Source: Tubulanus polymorphus (Eukaryota > Animalia > Nemertea). Taken from it: a stretch of DNA of 64,000 nt. How positions within the stretch are numbered: the stretch's first letter is position 1; each line of letters opens with the position of its first letter. Of the stretch, positions 62,480-64,000 are shown piece by piece. The stretch is from the NCBI RefSeq assembly GCF_964204645.1, contig NC_134030.1, forward strand, positions 4,072,778 to 4,136,777, written 5' to 3'. The notes beneath the pieces are model-generated. The model was not told where the DNA came from, searched no databases, and was given only the letters and a program-made list of their open reading frames with translations. A program made the translations under genes and the position numbers.

Positions 62480-64000
62480 CTATCATCTATTAATCATCTA
62501 TTAGCTAATTACATAGGCAAATTTGTAGACCAAGGATTTAAAGCCTTGCACACGATCTAATTCTATATCTCCACTTTTTCCATACATGTAAATATTTTGA
62601 AATTTGGTAACTTGCATCAGTGTTAATTTTCTTCTATTTCATAGATATCCTATGTACAGAGAAATTTGGTATACACCATTTTTCTTTCGTAAATTTTATT
62701 CTGTTTATCAACAATCGTGCAAGATTTCATGATTAATAAATATTGAATTGAATTGAATTATTTGACCGCATTACATAATTCGCTGTGCTCTTTGGGGAGT
62801 CTTTCATTAATTGCGATTGAAATGACATTTCGCCATTTTAAATCAAGCGAGTGACTGTGGCGCGCAATAAAGCGAACGGAAGTCCGGAGTTAGGGAGGCG
62901 TCATGTGCTTCAGATCACCGCCAAATCTGTCACATAAAATGGTAACTTAAGAATGATATATTTGGGTAAACAACGACAACATCAGAGTAATTTAATAGTT
63001 CCCTCGTTGATGCACGGAATCAATATCATGTTCGCTCGTCATACACGACAAATAGACGAAATAGAATTATGGCAGGATGGCAGCCCATGTTGGAACTTAC
63101 GTCATCGTCTATTTTCCGCAATGACATAATTTTCGTTTCAACTTAATTCCCAATTCTGCGGAAATAATATCGTTACGCCCCGGGAACTCACCCGAGATAC
63201 TGACACAGGCGTAACAATGGCCGAAAAAAAATCCATTTATTCATTGCTGCTACTGATTTTTTAGAGCTCCGTTACGCCTATGTTAACAATATAGCCGATT
63301 GTTATACCAAAATTGTTTACATTAAGAAACAAATATTAGTAAAAAGTTGAACTAAATTAGGTCAGAGTAAATACGTAACCCTTAACTGTAGTACATTCAT
63401 CAGTGCCACAAATTGGTAAAGACATATATCATTGTAAAGTAGATACGACTGTTGTGTTCCCAGGCTTCACCTAGCGGATGCCTGAATTACGAATCATTGA
63501 TCATCTAAATCTTCTAACTTTTGAAAATATAAGTAATCGTTGCAATCCAGAGCTCAGTTCCACATTGTGAGTTAGAGTAATCAATTCATTTTCAATGAGT
63601 TAACTCTAAGTCAAATCTTTGCTCAGAACTGTGGAACTGGATCCATACCAGCGGAATCGTTGTCTGATAGACGAAGCAGTTAAGGTGTACTGAAAGTGCT
63701 ACGATATCGAGTTTCGCTCCTAATAATGATAACGATCGTCCAGTGTATTTGTCGATCGTCTAAAACATGTCAACAACATGTATTCTGTTTGAGGCATGTG
63801 CCCTTAGTTTGTTAAGCAATTAATTCCGACCAAACTGATACAAACTACTCATCAATTGCCCCCGTCTACCTGAACATATTAAATGCTGTGATATATTGCT
63901 AGGTAGACGAAATGTACGGTTGTCTCCTGTGTTCCTAGAAGTCCATACCCGTTACAATAATAACGTTTTACATTCGAATTCTCAATCTGCCTTCTGTTCA

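Overview
This is eukaryotic (invertebrate animal, probably spiralian; not provable from sequence alone) genomic DNA with short GT-AG introns. It has two sharply different parts. (1) About 1-17.7 kb has no intact gene, is visibly CpG-poor, and is filled with unrelated tandem arrays (74, 62, 97, ~60, 153/187, ~160, 28 and 76 bp units), most with palindromic cores. It also holds decayed coding relics (a RING-H2 fragment and a possible His-Me/HNH fragment) and a tandemly duplicated exon-intron module. (2) About 17.7-64 kb is gene-dense, with eight multi-exon genes assembled by hand: a 949-aa DEG/ENaC channel with a ~480-aa helical insert at the knuckle position (-), a pancreatic-lipase-like enzyme (+), a 6xTSP1 plus Caspr-type fibrinogen-like protein (+), RSU1 (+), PAFAH1B2/3 (-), a TIR-only protein (+), a coiled-coil/death-domain protein (+) and a tetraspanin (-). 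Introns and UTRs carry many MITEs, tRNA-derived SINE pieces, LINE 3' ends and Penelope-type minimal hammerhead-ribozyme motifs. The best leads are the giant-knuckle DEG/ENaC, the adjacent TIR and death-domain genes, the hammerhead-bearing inverted elements, and the palindromic-array domain ending in a B-box triplet.
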